Positions 32,479 through 42,105 of a stretch of 64,000 nt of DNA are shown here, piece after piece. A program made the translations under genes and the position numbers. The stretch is from positions 128,001 through 192,000 of the forward strand of contig JBCBZT010000008.1 of NCBI GenBank assembly GCA_039815185.1. Reading direction: 5' to 3'. This stretch comes from Cyanobacteria bacterium P01_A01_bin.123. GTDB taxonomy: Bacteria > Cyanobacteriota > Cyanobacteriia > Phormidesmidales > Phormidesmidaceae. Positions within the stretch are counted from its first letter, which is position 1, and each line of letters starts with the position of its first letter. The notes below the pieces were generated by a model. It saw nothing but the letters and a program-made list of their open reading frames with translations. It had not been told where the DNA came from and did not search any database.

Positions 32479-33450
32479 ATGGTTTCCTCACTAGCAGGGT
32501 TAGATATCTACGCTGAAGTACTGCAGGCGGAAAAGCGGATTCGCCCTCACATTCGGGAAACCCCTCTACATTACTCGCTACCGCTAAGCCAACTCGGCAA
32601 CTGTCAAGTCTTTCTCAAACTCGAAAACTTACAGCATACGGGGTCTTTCAAAGCCCGGGGGGCGATGAACAAACTCTTATCGTTGACGGCAGAACAGCGG
32701 CAGCAGGGGATTGTAACGGCCTCCTCAGGGAACCACGGTGCAGCTGTTGCCTTTGGTTTGAGTAGCGTAGATATCCCTGGCGTCATTTTTTTGCCCAAGG
32801 ATGCGTCTTCCGCCAAAGTCAATGTAATTCGGCAACTGGGCGCGGACAGTCAATTCTACGGTGACGATTGTGGCCTGACGGAAGCTTACGCTCGGCAATA
32901 CGCGGGTGAACATGGCATGGTTTATATCTCACCCTATAATGATGCTCAAGTCCTGGCTGGGCAAGGCACGATTGCGGTGGAGCTGGCTCAGCAGCTTGAG
33001 CAAATTGATGCAGTCTTTGTCTCGGTGGGGGGTGGGGGCTTAATGAGCGGCATGGCTGGATATCTGAAGTCTGAGTTGGAGGGGATTAAGATGATCGGCT
33101 GCTCTCCAGCGAATTCCCCGGTGATGGCTCGGTCTATCCAGGCGGGTCAGATTGTTGAGATGGACTCGCTACCCACATTGTCGGATGGCACAGCAGGCGG
33201 CATCGAATCGGGCGCAATTACATTTGATCTGTGCCGCACGTTAATTGATGAATTTGTACTCGTCACAGAAGCTGAAATTGAGGCTGCAATCCGGTTTGCC
33301 ATTGAAACCCAGCATTTGTTGATTGAAGGTGCGGCAGGGGTTGCGATCGCATCCTTTCTCAAACAAAAAGAACGCTTTAGTGGCAAAACCGTTGTAATTG
33401 TGATTTGTGGGGCCAACATTAGCTTGGAGGCATTGAAACAGATTTTATAA
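32479..33450 (+). CDS. threonine/serine dehydratase family PLP enzyme without ACT domain
   Basis: KLENLQHTGSFKARGA, ASSGNHG, VGGGGL, IEGAAG, ICGAN. Confidence 0.88.
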   Translation: MVSSLAGLDIYAEVLQAEKRIRPHIRETPLHYSLPLSQLGNCQVFLKLENLQHTGSFKARGAMNKLLSLTAEQRQQGIVTASSGNHGAAVAFGLSSVDIPGVIFLPKDASSAKVNVIRQLGADSQFYGDDCGLTEAYARQYAGEHGMVYISPYNDAQVLAGQGTIAVELAQQLEQIDAVFVSVGGGGLMSGMAGYLKSELEGIKMIGCSPANSPVMARSIQAGQIVEMDSLPTLSDGTAGGIESGAITFDLCRTLIDEFVLVTEAEIEAAIRFAIETQHLLIEGAAGVAIASFLKQKERFSGKTVVIVICGANISLEALKQIL

Positions 33451-33458
33451 ACCCGATC

Positions 33459-33932
33459 TCACCATTCACGCCGCAGAATGCTGTAGAGATAGTCGTCCCA
33501 TAACTTCCCTGCCAATTCATGATGTTCTCGTAACACACCATCTTTGTGAAATCCAAGTTTTTCAAGCAGCTTGATAGATGGTGTATTGAACGCAGCAGTC
33601 TGGCAATACAGCTTATTGAAATTTGTAGTTGAAAACAACTCACTGATTGCCAGTGTCAACATTTGAGTACCAAGACCCCGTTCCCTGAAAGTCGGACTCA
33701 CGATATATCCAAATTCAGCTGAGCGATTACGCGGATTAATATCAAAATAAACAAAGCGACCTACAGGCTCATCAATGCCGTCGATGAAAAACGCTAGCGT
33801 AACCACCTCATCACTAGGTGGAATTCTCTTGCCATTTTGAATAGGGCGGCAGGTTCGTTCTTCAAGATGACTGAACTGGTTCCACTGGATAAACATCTGG
33901 AGATGTTCATTAGAGGCGGATTCAAGCTTCAT
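33459..33932 (-). CDS. RimJ/RimL-type GNAT acetyltransferase
   Basis: AEFGY, RERGLG, N.PS.KLLEKLGF..DGVLREH. Confidence 0.88.
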   Translation of the reverse strand: MKLESASNEHLQMFIQWNQFSHLEERTCRPIQNGKRIPPSDEVVTLAFFIDGIDEPVGRFVYFDINPRNRSAEFGYIVSPTFRERGLGTQMLTLAISELFSTTNFNKLYCQTAAFNTPSIKLLEKLGFHKDGVLREHHELAGKLWDDYLYSILRREW

Positions 33933-34032
33933 GTACTATTCGATTGCTAATGACTACCAGTACTTTTAAAGTAAGCACTTATCTATCCATTTCTAATCTT
34001 CAAAAGCATCTATTTAATGTTTAACAGATCAC

Positions 34033-34725
34033 TTAAATCAATGCCAGATTTACCGCTGCTTCTGCATGAATAGCCGTAGTGTCAAACAAGGGGACATCCG
34101 TATGCTTTTGCTGAACCAGCATGACGATTTCCGTACAGCCTTCGATAATGCCTTCTGCACCTTCCTGCTGCATGCGCGCCATGATTTGCAAATACGCTTG
34201 CCTTGACTCTTCTTTGACGATACCTAGGCAGAGTTCATCATAGATAATGCGATGCACAATCTCACGATCGCTTTCAGCAGGGACAATTACATTCAAACCA
34301 TGGCGTTCAATCAAGCGCCCTTTGTAAAAATCTTGTTCCATCGTAAACTTCGTGCCTAGCAAACCAACTGTCTTCATGCCTTTTTTCTTAATCTGTGCTG
34401 CTGTCGCATCCGCCAGATGGAGAATTGGAATGTTAATTCCACGTTCGATTTGAGGCGCGACTTTGTGCATGGTATTCGTACAGATCAGCAGGAAATCTGC
34501 GCTAGCTGCCTCAATCTGCTGAGCTGCTGTTGTCAGCACCTCACCTGCAACATCCCATTGCCCCTGATGCTGTAGCACTTCAATTTCCTGAAAATTGACA
34601 CTCACCATCGCAATTCGAGCTGAGTTTAAACCGCCTAGTTTCTTCTTGAACCCTTCATTAATCAATCGGTAATACAGTTCGGTGCTTTCCCAACTCATCC
34701 CGCCTAAAAGTCCAATTACTTTCAT
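34033..34725 (-). CDS. aspartate/glutamate racemase family, YgeA-type
   Basis: IGLLGGMSWEST, ICTNTMH, EGCTEI, FDTTAIHA. Confidence 0.93.
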   Translation of the reverse strand: MKVIGLLGGMSWESTELYYRLINEGFKKKLGGLNSARIAMVSVNFQEIEVLQHQGQWDVAGEVLTTAAQQIEAASADFLLICTNTMHKVAPQIERGINIPILHLADATAAQIKKKGMKTVGLLGTKFTMEQDFYKGRLIERHGLNVIVPAESDREIVHRIIYDELCLGIVKEESRQAYLQIMARMQQEGAEGIIEGCTEIVMLVQQKHTDVPLFDTTAIHAEAAVNLALI

Positions 34726-34739
34726 TCAAGGCTTTCCTG

Positions 34740-35048
34740 TTACTTTGCGTAAAACCAAAATTCAATTTCAGAGGTTGCCTGATCAAAGCGGGCAGCATGG
34801 GTTGTTTTGGCGGGCACATGGTACCACTCGCCCGTTTGATATCGGGTTTCCTGACCATCCAGAATCAGAATTAATTCGCCTTGGGTAATCACGCCAACAT
34901 TGTCTGTATCGTGGTTATGGGGCGAAATAGTCGTTCCTGCGGGATAAGAGGCAAACAAAACATCGCAGTCTTTGGCTGCTAACTTGAAAGCATCAAATGG
35001 GCCGTCGAACCGAGGGAGCGATCGCAGCTGGGGAGGAAAATGCATCAT
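34740..35048 (-). CDS. cupin domain protein
   Basis: PHNHD...G.L.L...G.WYHVPA...H. Confidence 0.85.
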   Translation of the reverse strand: MMHFPPQLRSLPRFDGPFDAFKLAAKDCDVLFASYPAGTTISPHNHDTDNVGVITQGELILILDGQETRYQTGEWYHVPAKTTHAARFDQATSEIEFWFYAK

Positions 35049-35081
35049 TGTTTATTATCATGTATCAAGCTGGTGTAAACA

Positions 35082-35624
35082 ATGAATACTTATATCGCGC
35101 TTTTGAGAGGTATCAACGTTGGTGGTAAGCATAGACTCCCGATGGGAGAGCTAATAGAAACACTCCAGGATCTAGACTTACACCATATCAAAACCTACAT
35201 CCAGAGTGGAAATGTGGTTTTTCAGACTGATTCAGCTAATGCAACTGAACTGGGGAACAAAATCAGCGATGTTATCAGTAACACCCATGGGTTCAGACCC
35301 AACACATGCTTGCTCAAGTTAGATGAACTGGAACGCGCGATCGCATCCAACCCATTCCCAGAAGCAGAAGCAGAACCTAAAACACTACATTTTTATTTCT
35401 TGGCGTCCGTTCCCGAAGCGCCAAATCTGGATGCGCTTGAAAGCCTTGTGAAGAACAGCGAGCGATTTAAGCTCAAGGAGCAGGTTTTCTATCTCCACAC
35501 ACCGAATGGGATTGGACGCTCTAAGTTGGCGGCGCAGGTTGAGAAATTACTTGGGGTTGCGGCAACGGCGCGAAACTGGCGCACTGTCAGTCAAATTTTA
35601 ACCCTGGCAAAGCAGCCGGACTGA
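35082..35624 (+). CDS. DUF1697 family protein
   Basis: YIALLRGINVGG, TYIQSGNVVF, TARNWRTV. Confidence 0.92.
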   Translation: MNTYIALLRGINVGGKHRLPMGELIETLQDLDLHHIKTYIQSGNVVFQTDSANATELGNKISDVISNTHGFRPNTCLLKLDELERAIASNPFPEAEAEPKTLHFYFLASVPEAPNLDALESLVKNSERFKLKEQVFYLHTPNGIGRSKLAAQVEKLLGVAATARNWRTVSQILTLAKQPD

Positions 35625-35652
35625 TGATCTGCCCCGATGACTCAAGCCAGGG

Positions 35653-37224
35653 TCACGGTGATTTAAGGCTAGGCGTAATTTCAATCGGGGGTAGCGTCTG
35701 GGTTTCCCACTGACTGCCGTGTTTCTCAACGACGTACGGGCGTACCTTAAAACAGAGAGGCATCCCCGGCAACACATCAATTCTCAACGCTGAATAAGGG
35801 CGGCGTTTTCGGCTACCGTGACCGTTGCGACCCACAAACTGATGCGATCGCGCCACTTTGCAATCCTTCCCGGCGATCGTCTCTGTGAGAATGTCACCTT
35901 CAAAGCGTTGCCGTCGCAAACTAAAGCCGCTACCCCCGCAGATAACACAATGGGTGTGGGCATCGGCATAGCCAGTGTCTAAGGTTTGTAGATATTCAAA
36001 GCAGTGGGCATGGCCGTTGAGGATTAGATCAACCACCGGGCGATCGCCCTGCTTATCTCCTATGCTTTGCTGCACCTGATCAAATACCCGTCGCAGATGA
36101 TGCCGCACGGCTAAGGTTTGCCCCTGATGCCACTTACTGGCCTCTGTCACATAGGGGGGATGGTGAAAATAGATTACCCGCCCCCGCACACCCTCTGACT
36201 TCCAAGAATGGATCAAACGCTGCGTCAGCCAGTCAAGCTGCTCAAAATCAACAGTGCCGCTTTGCTGGCTGAGCTGCATGTCTAGATCTCGCAGCTGCTC
36301 ATCAATTTGCTCAACTTTGACGTAGATCTCATCAACTCGATCGTCACTGGCCTGAAGCGACAGCTGCTCTAGCTGCGCTTGTTTCTGAGTGAGCAACTGT
36401 TGCCGTTGGGCCATCAGCTGCTGTCGCTGCGTTCTGCCTTCGGGTGTTTGCGACAGGGGGATTGGTGAGTTAAACGTATTAGAATCTAGCGCAAAGAAAT
36501 CGACCCCCCCCTGACGAAAAGTGTAGTACCGATTGGGCAATCGAGTAAATTGGCCCGACTGATAACGTAAACATCGCCCGGTATCTGTCTTAGCCGTGTA
36601 GTGCTGTTTAAGATGGTCTTCAAGCTGAGTTGGGCTGTATCCCTTCAAGTAGTCTAAAAATGCCCGCGCATAGACATCGCCCTGGTAAGAGCCACGCCAG
36701 CCATAGTCAATATCAATCTGCTGGCGAATTAAATCTTTCAAAGGCGACAGCAGTTTTGATAAAATACCGTAGATTAGCGGGATATCGTAATAATCATGGT
36801 TGCCCAATACTGGCAGAAAAGGCAGCTTAAAAAGCATTTGATCATAGGCAATCTGCTCGGGAACCAAACCGCCTACTAGCCATTCTCGATAGGGCTTAAT
36901 AAAGTTGTTGAAATATTGATCTTGAGAGCCCACTAGGTAGACCAGATCGCCTGTGTGTAAAACAAACCGACAGCGATCGCTGTTGGCCATGATCCACTCA
37001 GCAACGCGCCGCTGGGGATTATCGCCCCGATGATCCCCTGTCCCACTATCTCCTAATACTAAAAAAGAGAATTCATCCGTAGGACTATCCTCTGTCGACT
37101 CGGTTTCTAAAACTAAACGAGTCTGATCAATCCCTCGCTTTAGAAATTCAGGATGCTGCCACCGCACGCGTTGTTTCATGCGGTCGATTTTGACTGTGGT
37201 AGCGGGATCAGAGGCGAACTGCAT
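35653..37224 (-). CDS. calcineurin-like metallophosphoesterase
   Basis: GDSG, HTGD, GNHDYY, HHPPY, NGHAH. Confidence 0.9.
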   Translation of the reverse strand: MQFASDPATTVKIDRMKQRVRWQHPEFLKRGIDQTRLVLETESTEDSPTDEFSFLVLGDSGTGDHRGDNPQRRVAEWIMANSDRCRFVLHTGDLVYLVGSQDQYFNNFIKPYREWLVGGLVPEQIAYDQMLFKLPFLPVLGNHDYYDIPLIYGILSKLLSPLKDLIRQQIDIDYGWRGSYQGDVYARAFLDYLKGYSPTQLEDHLKQHYTAKTDTGRCLRYQSGQFTRLPNRYYTFRQGGVDFFALDSNTFNSPIPLSQTPEGRTQRQQLMAQRQQLLTQKQAQLEQLSLQASDDRVDEIYVKVEQIDEQLRDLDMQLSQQSGTVDFEQLDWLTQRLIHSWKSEGVRGRVIYFHHPPYVTEASKWHQGQTLAVRHHLRRVFDQVQQSIGDKQGDRPVVDLILNGHAHCFEYLQTLDTGYADAHTHCVICGGSGFSLRRQRFEGDILTETIAGKDCKVARSHQFVGRNGHGSRKRRPYSALRIDVLPGMPLCFKVRPYVVEKHGSQWETQTLPPIEITPSLKSP

Positions 37225-37303
37225 TATTTGAGCATATCGAATAAGGAGGGGCAATGCATGTATTGTTGGCTTCAGCGCCTCAAGATTCTATTGATGGCAA
37301 GTA

Positions 37304-37417
37304 GTGTCTGAAGACTACAACGCCGCAGATCTGCAAAGGTTTTGGCAAGTGGCATCTGGCCAATATTCCTATACCGTGATGACCACTGACGGAACAAGGA
37401 TTCTAGAACGATCGTGA
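37304..37417 (+). pseudogene. orphan 3' fragment paralogous to the end of gene 41212-42015
   Basis: VSEDYNAADLQRFWQVASGQYSYTVMTTDGTRILERS* aligns without gaps to VPEDYNANDLQRFWQVTSSQYRYAVVNTDGTLVLERE* (41902-42015). Confidence 0.85.
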
Positions 37418-37487
37418 AGGCGTCTGACGACCAGTTGAGCCTAAATCCGTCTAATATCAAATCTCAGCAGTGCGGCTACAGATATTG

Positions 37488-37561
37488 AAGATCCCCCGCT
37501 ATCGCCGCACCCTTGCAAAGGAGGCTATCCCAAGCGGTTTAAGGGGGGAAGGGGGGATCTT
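37488..37561. repeat. small inverted-repeat-bounded dispersed element
   Basis: AAGATCCCCC...GGGGGATCTT 10-bp termini. Confidence 0.55.
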
Positions 37562-37683
37562 GCTAGCTTCTAAACGTAGTTCAGTTGATGAGGTCGGGCG
37601 CGGCAAGGCTCAGCCATAAAGCTTTTCGCGTTTAATTGATGACACGCCCTAGCCTTATCACGCTAGAAAACGTGATCACATCC

Positions 37684-38493
37684 TCAAGTAGTCATGTTAC
37701 CCATAGCACTTTTGGCCGCTTCAAATCGACTATTCACGCCTTCCCAATTCACCACATTCCACCAAGCATCGAGATAATCTCCCCGGCGATTTTGGTATTT
37801 CAGATAGTAGGCGTGTTCCCAGACATCGTTACCCATGATGGGATAGTCACCGTCGAGAAAAGGGCTATCTTGGTTCGCTGTGCTGGTGATTTCTAGGGTG
37901 CCATCTTGATTGAGAATCAGCCAGGCCCAACCACTGCCAAATTGGCCTGATCCAGCAGCGTTGAATGCTTGCTGAAAGGTTGCAAAATCTCCAAAGGTGT
38001 CGTTGATTGCCTCAGCGATCGCGCCCGTTGGCATCCCAGTGCCATTGGGTGTCATGATTTCCCAAAACATCGTGTGGTTGGCATGACCGCCACCATTTTT
38101 GCGTACGGTGTTGCGGATATCTTCTGGAACGGCATCTAGATCTCTCAGCAGATCCTCCACCGACTTGCCACTGAGGTCGGGATGTTGTGCGATCGCCCCA
38201 TTCAAGTTGCGCACATAACCCGCATGGTGCCGATCATGGTGGATAGTCATGGTTTGCGTATCGATGTAGGGCTCCAAAGCCTCATAGGCATAGGGGAGCG
38301 GGGGCAGTTCAAATTCTGCAGCCTGGGCCATCGCCACGAGGCTGGTTTCAGCCATGTTGACAGTAGGATTTTGGCCCCCTTGCCCCATAGGGGCTGCAAT
38401 GCCATCTGCGGCGCGAAAACTGCCCCATACCAGCAGCGTCGTGAGCGCCAGTGAAACTATAAACCCAGAAAAGCGTTTGATATTCATAATCAA
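37684..38493 (-). CDS. sodA: Mn superoxide dismutase with N-terminal signal/membrane anchor
   Basis: [27 protein letters not shown]; Mn-type signature residues. Confidence 0.92.
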   Translation of the reverse strand: MIMNIKRFSGFIVSLALTTLLVWGSFRAADGIAAPMGQGGQNPTVNMAETSLVAMAQAAEFELPPLPYAYEALEPYIDTQTMTIHHDRHHAGYVRNLNGAIAQHPDLSGKSVEDLLRDLDAVPEDIRNTVRKNGGGHANHTMFWEIMTPNGTGMPTGAIAEAINDTFGDFATFQQAFNAAGSGQFGSGWAWLILNQDGTLEITSTANQDSPFLDGDYPIMGNDVWEHAYYLKYQNRRGDYLDAWWNVVNWEGVNSRFEAAKSAMGNMTT

Positions 38494-38549
38494 TCGAATC
38501 TAGTCAAGATGTTACAAGTCGGTCTTATCACATCACGTGACCTAAAAGA

Positions 38550-40376
38550 TTAAGCTAGGGGTTGGAGTTGCCAAGTGTGGTCTTCTGCAAGGCCCAATCG
38601 TAGATGGTGGTAAGCTTCTAATGATTCCCGATGGCCCACACTGAGATAGGTGGTGTGAGTGGCTGCCAGATGACTGTAGAGTTGGGCTTCATTGGCGCGA
38701 TCGAGGGCACTGGTGGCTTCGTCTAAGATGGCGTAGGTCGGCTGATGGAGTAACACACGGGCAAAACTAAGGCGTTGCTGTTCTCCCAGGGATAGGACAT
38801 CACCCCATTCTGCTGCTGCATCAAAGCCACCAAAGCGTTCTGCTAAGTCTGGCAAATTAACCTCTGTTAACACGGCTTCGAGTCGCGCATCTTCAATCTC
38901 GCTGTCGGGGTATGGATAGAGCAACTGTTGTCGTAAGCTACCCAAAATCATGTAGGGTTTTTGGGGTAGAAACAGCAGATGTTCCAAATCAGGTCGCTGA
39001 ATCAGCCCCTTACCAGAATCCCACAGTCCTGCGATCGCCCTGAGTAACGAACTCTTCCCACAACCGCTTGGCCCCGTCACCAGCAGAGAACTTTGGGGCT
39101 TGAGTTCTAACGAGAGGTTTTCGATCAAGGTGCGTTGGTAGTTTGGGGTCTGCAAGGTCAGATGATGTAAGGCTAACTCTGATGCAACCTCACGGATGAT
39201 GAGGGGATGAGGGTCAGGAATTGCCTCAGCATCGACAGCGGTTTCCATTGATTCAACGTCCTCAGGCTCAGTTTCCGGGGGACTGGTTTCTAGATCGCCA
39301 TTTTCTGGATGCCCATTTTCTGGGTGCCCAGTGACAGCAACCGCTTCCGGTAAATCCGCGATCGCTTCAACAGGGCCGAGAGACCCAGCGAAGTCGTAAA
39401 GCCGATCAATCCCAGCCCCAAAAGCCGTCAATGACTGGAAGCGAGCCACAATCACATTGAGCGAAAAGAACACGCGAATAAATGCACCCTGGGCCTCACT
39501 GACTTTACCCACTTCCACATCACCCCCAAACACAGCAGGGGCGACAACGATGGCAGGCAGCACGTAGGGAATAAACTCGTAGGCATTGGTGAGCCCATTC
39601 AGGTTCAATTCCCAAAACAGGAGATGCTTGAAGTTCTCGAAGGCGGCCATGAAGCGATCTTTAATCTGAGCTGACTCTTGGGCTTCGCCTTGGTAAAACG
39701 CGATCGCTTCGGCATTTTCACGAATTCGCACCAGGCTAAAACGGAAGTTTGCCTCTCGCTTGAGTTGCTCAAAGTTGAGTCGTACCAGCGGTTTCCCAAA
39801 TACCCCCACGGCAACCAGCGTTCCAAGCACGGCGTAAACCAGCAGAAAAACGACCAGTTCTCGGGAGATGCCCCACAATACGCCGCTGAAAGCAATCACT
39901 TCTAGCACTGAATCAGACACCACCAATACCAGAGTTAAAGATTCCTGGGTGAAGCTTTTCACGTCTTCAGCAATCCGCTGGTCGGGATTGTCAATGTCAG
40001 GATTGAACTGATTAATGCGATAAAAGGCGCGATCGCTAAAGTAGCGATCGACAAAACGATTCGTCAGCCAGCGCCGCCACGCTAACCCAAGGCGATCGCG
40101 CAGATAGGTATACCCCGCGAGCAAGGGCGCATACACCACCAGCACGCCGATGAATATCACCACCGTTTGCCAAAAGCGGCTCTCATCTTTGGCAGAAAGG
40201 GCTGAAATCAAGACGCCACGCTGGTTATTGAGCAGGACGCTCAGCCCGGTATAGGCCAACAGCAACAGCACAATCAGCAGCAGCAACCCCCGCGCCTTCC
40301 ACTTTTCATCACCAAACCAGTAGGCTTTGGCGATCACCCAAAACCGTCCAAAAACCTTGAAATTAAATCGTTCCAT
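38550..40376 (-). CDS. ABCD/YddA-type fused ABC transporter permease plus ATPase
   Basis: DNPDQRI, EANFR, RENAEAIAFY, GPSGCGKS, LSLGEQQ, LDEATSALD. Confidence 0.92.
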   Translation of the reverse strand: MERFNFKVFGRFWVIAKAYWFGDEKWKARGLLLLIVLLLLAYTGLSVLLNNQRGVLISALSAKDESRFWQTVVIFIGVLVVYAPLLAGYTYLRDRLGLAWRRWLTNRFVDRYFSDRAFYRINQFNPDIDNPDQRIAEDVKSFTQESLTLVLVVSDSVLEVIAFSGVLWGISRELVVFLLVYAVLGTLVAVGVFGKPLVRLNFEQLKREANFRFSLVRIRENAEAIAFYQGEAQESAQIKDRFMAAFENFKHLLFWELNLNGLTNAYEFIPYVLPAIVVAPAVFGGDVEVGKVSEAQGAFIRVFFSLNVIVARFQSLTAFGAGIDRLYDFAGSLGPVEAIADLPEAVAVTGHPENGHPENGDLETSPPETEPEDVESMETAVDAEAIPDPHPLIIREVASELALHHLTLQTPNYQRTLIENLSLELKPQSSLLVTGPSGCGKSSLLRAIAGLWDSGKGLIQRPDLEHLLFLPQKPYMILGSLRQQLLYPYPDSEIEDARLEAVLTEVNLPDLAERFGGFDAAAEWGDVLSLGEQQRLSFARVLLHQPTYAILDEATSALDRANEAQLYSHLAATHTTYLSVGHRESLEAYHHLRLGLAEDHTWQLQPLA

Positions 40377-40475
40377 AGGGGGATTTCGACTGCCATTCCA
40401 CCCATTCATTATGAGAGAGAATCTTAACTATCCCCTTAAAGTAGGAAAAGAGAACTCGCTCCCTAGAGAATCCCT

Positions 40476-41018
40476 ATGACTAAAATTGTCGGCATTGGCG
40501 GTAGCTTACGTACCGATTCTTACAGTATGCAGGCGCTGCATCTGGCGATACAACGCACCGAGGCCCTAGGCGCTGAGGTCGAGGTATTAGATCTGCGCGA
40601 GATGACGCTGCCCTTTTGTGATGGCGGTAACGGCTACCCTGATTATCCTGACGTGGTCGTTTTGCAAAATACGGTGCAACAAGCAGATGGTCTGATTCTG
40701 GCGACACCGGAATACCACGGTAGCGTCAGCGGTGTGATCAAGAATGCGCTGGATTTAATGAGTTTCGACGAGCTAGATGGAAAGGTAGCTGGCTTGATCA
40801 GCGTTTTAGGCGGGCAACCCAACAGCAATGCCCTGAATGAACTGCGACTAATTATGCGTTGGGTGCACGCCTGGGTGATTCCCGAGCAAATTGCCATTGG
40901 TCAGGCTTGGCAGGCGTTTGCGCCAGACGGCACATTGAAGGATGAAAAACTGGCGAAGCGGTTTGATCAGTTTGCGCAAAGCTTGGTAATCAACACGCAG
41001 AGATTGACGGGAGATTAG
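40476..41018 (+). CDS. NADPH-dependent FMN reductase
   Basis: GSLR..S.S, TPEYHGSVSGVIKNALD. Confidence 0.92.
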   Translation: MTKIVGIGGSLRTDSYSMQALHLAIQRTEALGAEVEVLDLREMTLPFCDGGNGYPDYPDVVVLQNTVQQADGLILATPEYHGSVSGVIKNALDLMSFDELDGKVAGLISVLGGQPNSNALNELRLIMRWVHAWVIPEQIAIGQAWQAFAPDGTLKDEKLAKRFDQFAQSLVINTQRLTGD

Positions 41019-41211
41019 CGGCGGCGATCGCGACACTCGAAGACCGCATTCACTTATTTTCAATCTGCAGGTTCTCTAGGGCGAAGACATTGGCAGTGAT
41101 TAACTCAACTAATGCTTCATGAGATTTCAATTTTAGTAACGTGAGCCATTTTGGCCATTGGATTGAGCTAGGGTGCGGTTGTCTCCACCCGTTCTTCGCC
41201 ATCGGTAGAAC

Positions 41212-42015
41212 ATGCGCAAGCTTCAATCTCTGGTCTATTCAACTGCGATCGCATTCAATCTAGCCATCGTTGCTCCTGCTGTTGCAAATTGCCCCGACAG
41301 TATTGCTAGTGCAGAATACTTTCAGCCTGCGATGGCGCGTCTTTGGCAACAGCTCCAAAACCAGACCAATTATCCTTGGGGAACAGCTCGTCCCTACGGC
41401 GAATTACGTAGCACTCGGATTATGTTGACACCCGCTTTCGACACACTCGATGGCACACAGAAACACCAAGTGATTGATCTGCTGCGCGTTGAACTTGGGC
41501 GAGTTATCCAAGATGTTGAGGGGCTGAGTAGTTTTCTGACACCAGAGGAAAGAGCGCGTTCGCGAGGTGGTACATTGCCCCCTTATTCGGTCTTTACCGA
41601 CGACGATAGATTACTGTATACGGCCTATGACGGTTGTACACCGATGCGGATGCTAACCGAACGCGATCGCTACAGCTACTACTACCTCCGCCTGCCTCAT
41701 AACCGAGCCACCAACAGCCGAGCGACGCCTGAAGACTTGCGCAACGCAGGCAATCCATTCTGGCGCACTGTGCAATTTCCCATCTCAGCCGCTGATGAAC
41801 AGTCTCTGCGCCTGAGTTTTTGGAACACGGTAGGCTACGACAAAGCAGACCAAGGTTGGTGGATTGCTTGGGTACCCGAACGAGGGCACTTTGAAATCAA
41901 TGTGCCCGAAGACTATAACGCCAATGATCTACAAAGGTTTTGGCAAGTTACTTCTAGCCAATATCGCTATGCAGTAGTGAACACTGACGGAACACTGGTT
42001 CTAGAACGAGAGTAG
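41212..42015 (+). CDS. hypothetical secreted protein
   Basis: signal peptide ending in AVA; no recognised domain. Confidence 0.75.
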   Translation: MRKLQSLVYSTAIAFNLAIVAPAVANCPDSIASAEYFQPAMARLWQQLQNQTNYPWGTARPYGELRSTRIMLTPAFDTLDGTQKHQVIDLLRVELGRVIQDVEGLSSFLTPEERARSRGGTLPPYSVFTDDDRLLYTAYDGCTPMRMLTERDRYSYYYLRLPHNRATNSRATPEDLRNAGNPFWRTVQFPISAADEQSLRLSFWNTVGYDKADQGWWIAWVPERGHFEINVPEDYNANDLQRFWQVTSSQYRYAVVNTDGTLVLERE

Positions 42016-42105
42016 GCGATGAGACCGTTGGGCTTCCCGGACTTCAAAGACTCCGCTGAACTCAAATTAGAAATCATCTACGGTTGGAAATGATTTAGCC
42101 TGCTG

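Noticed and set aside
39295..39330. GHPEN-GHPEN 15-bp tandem duplication in the ABC transporter
   Set aside because: In-frame linker slippage with no sign of function
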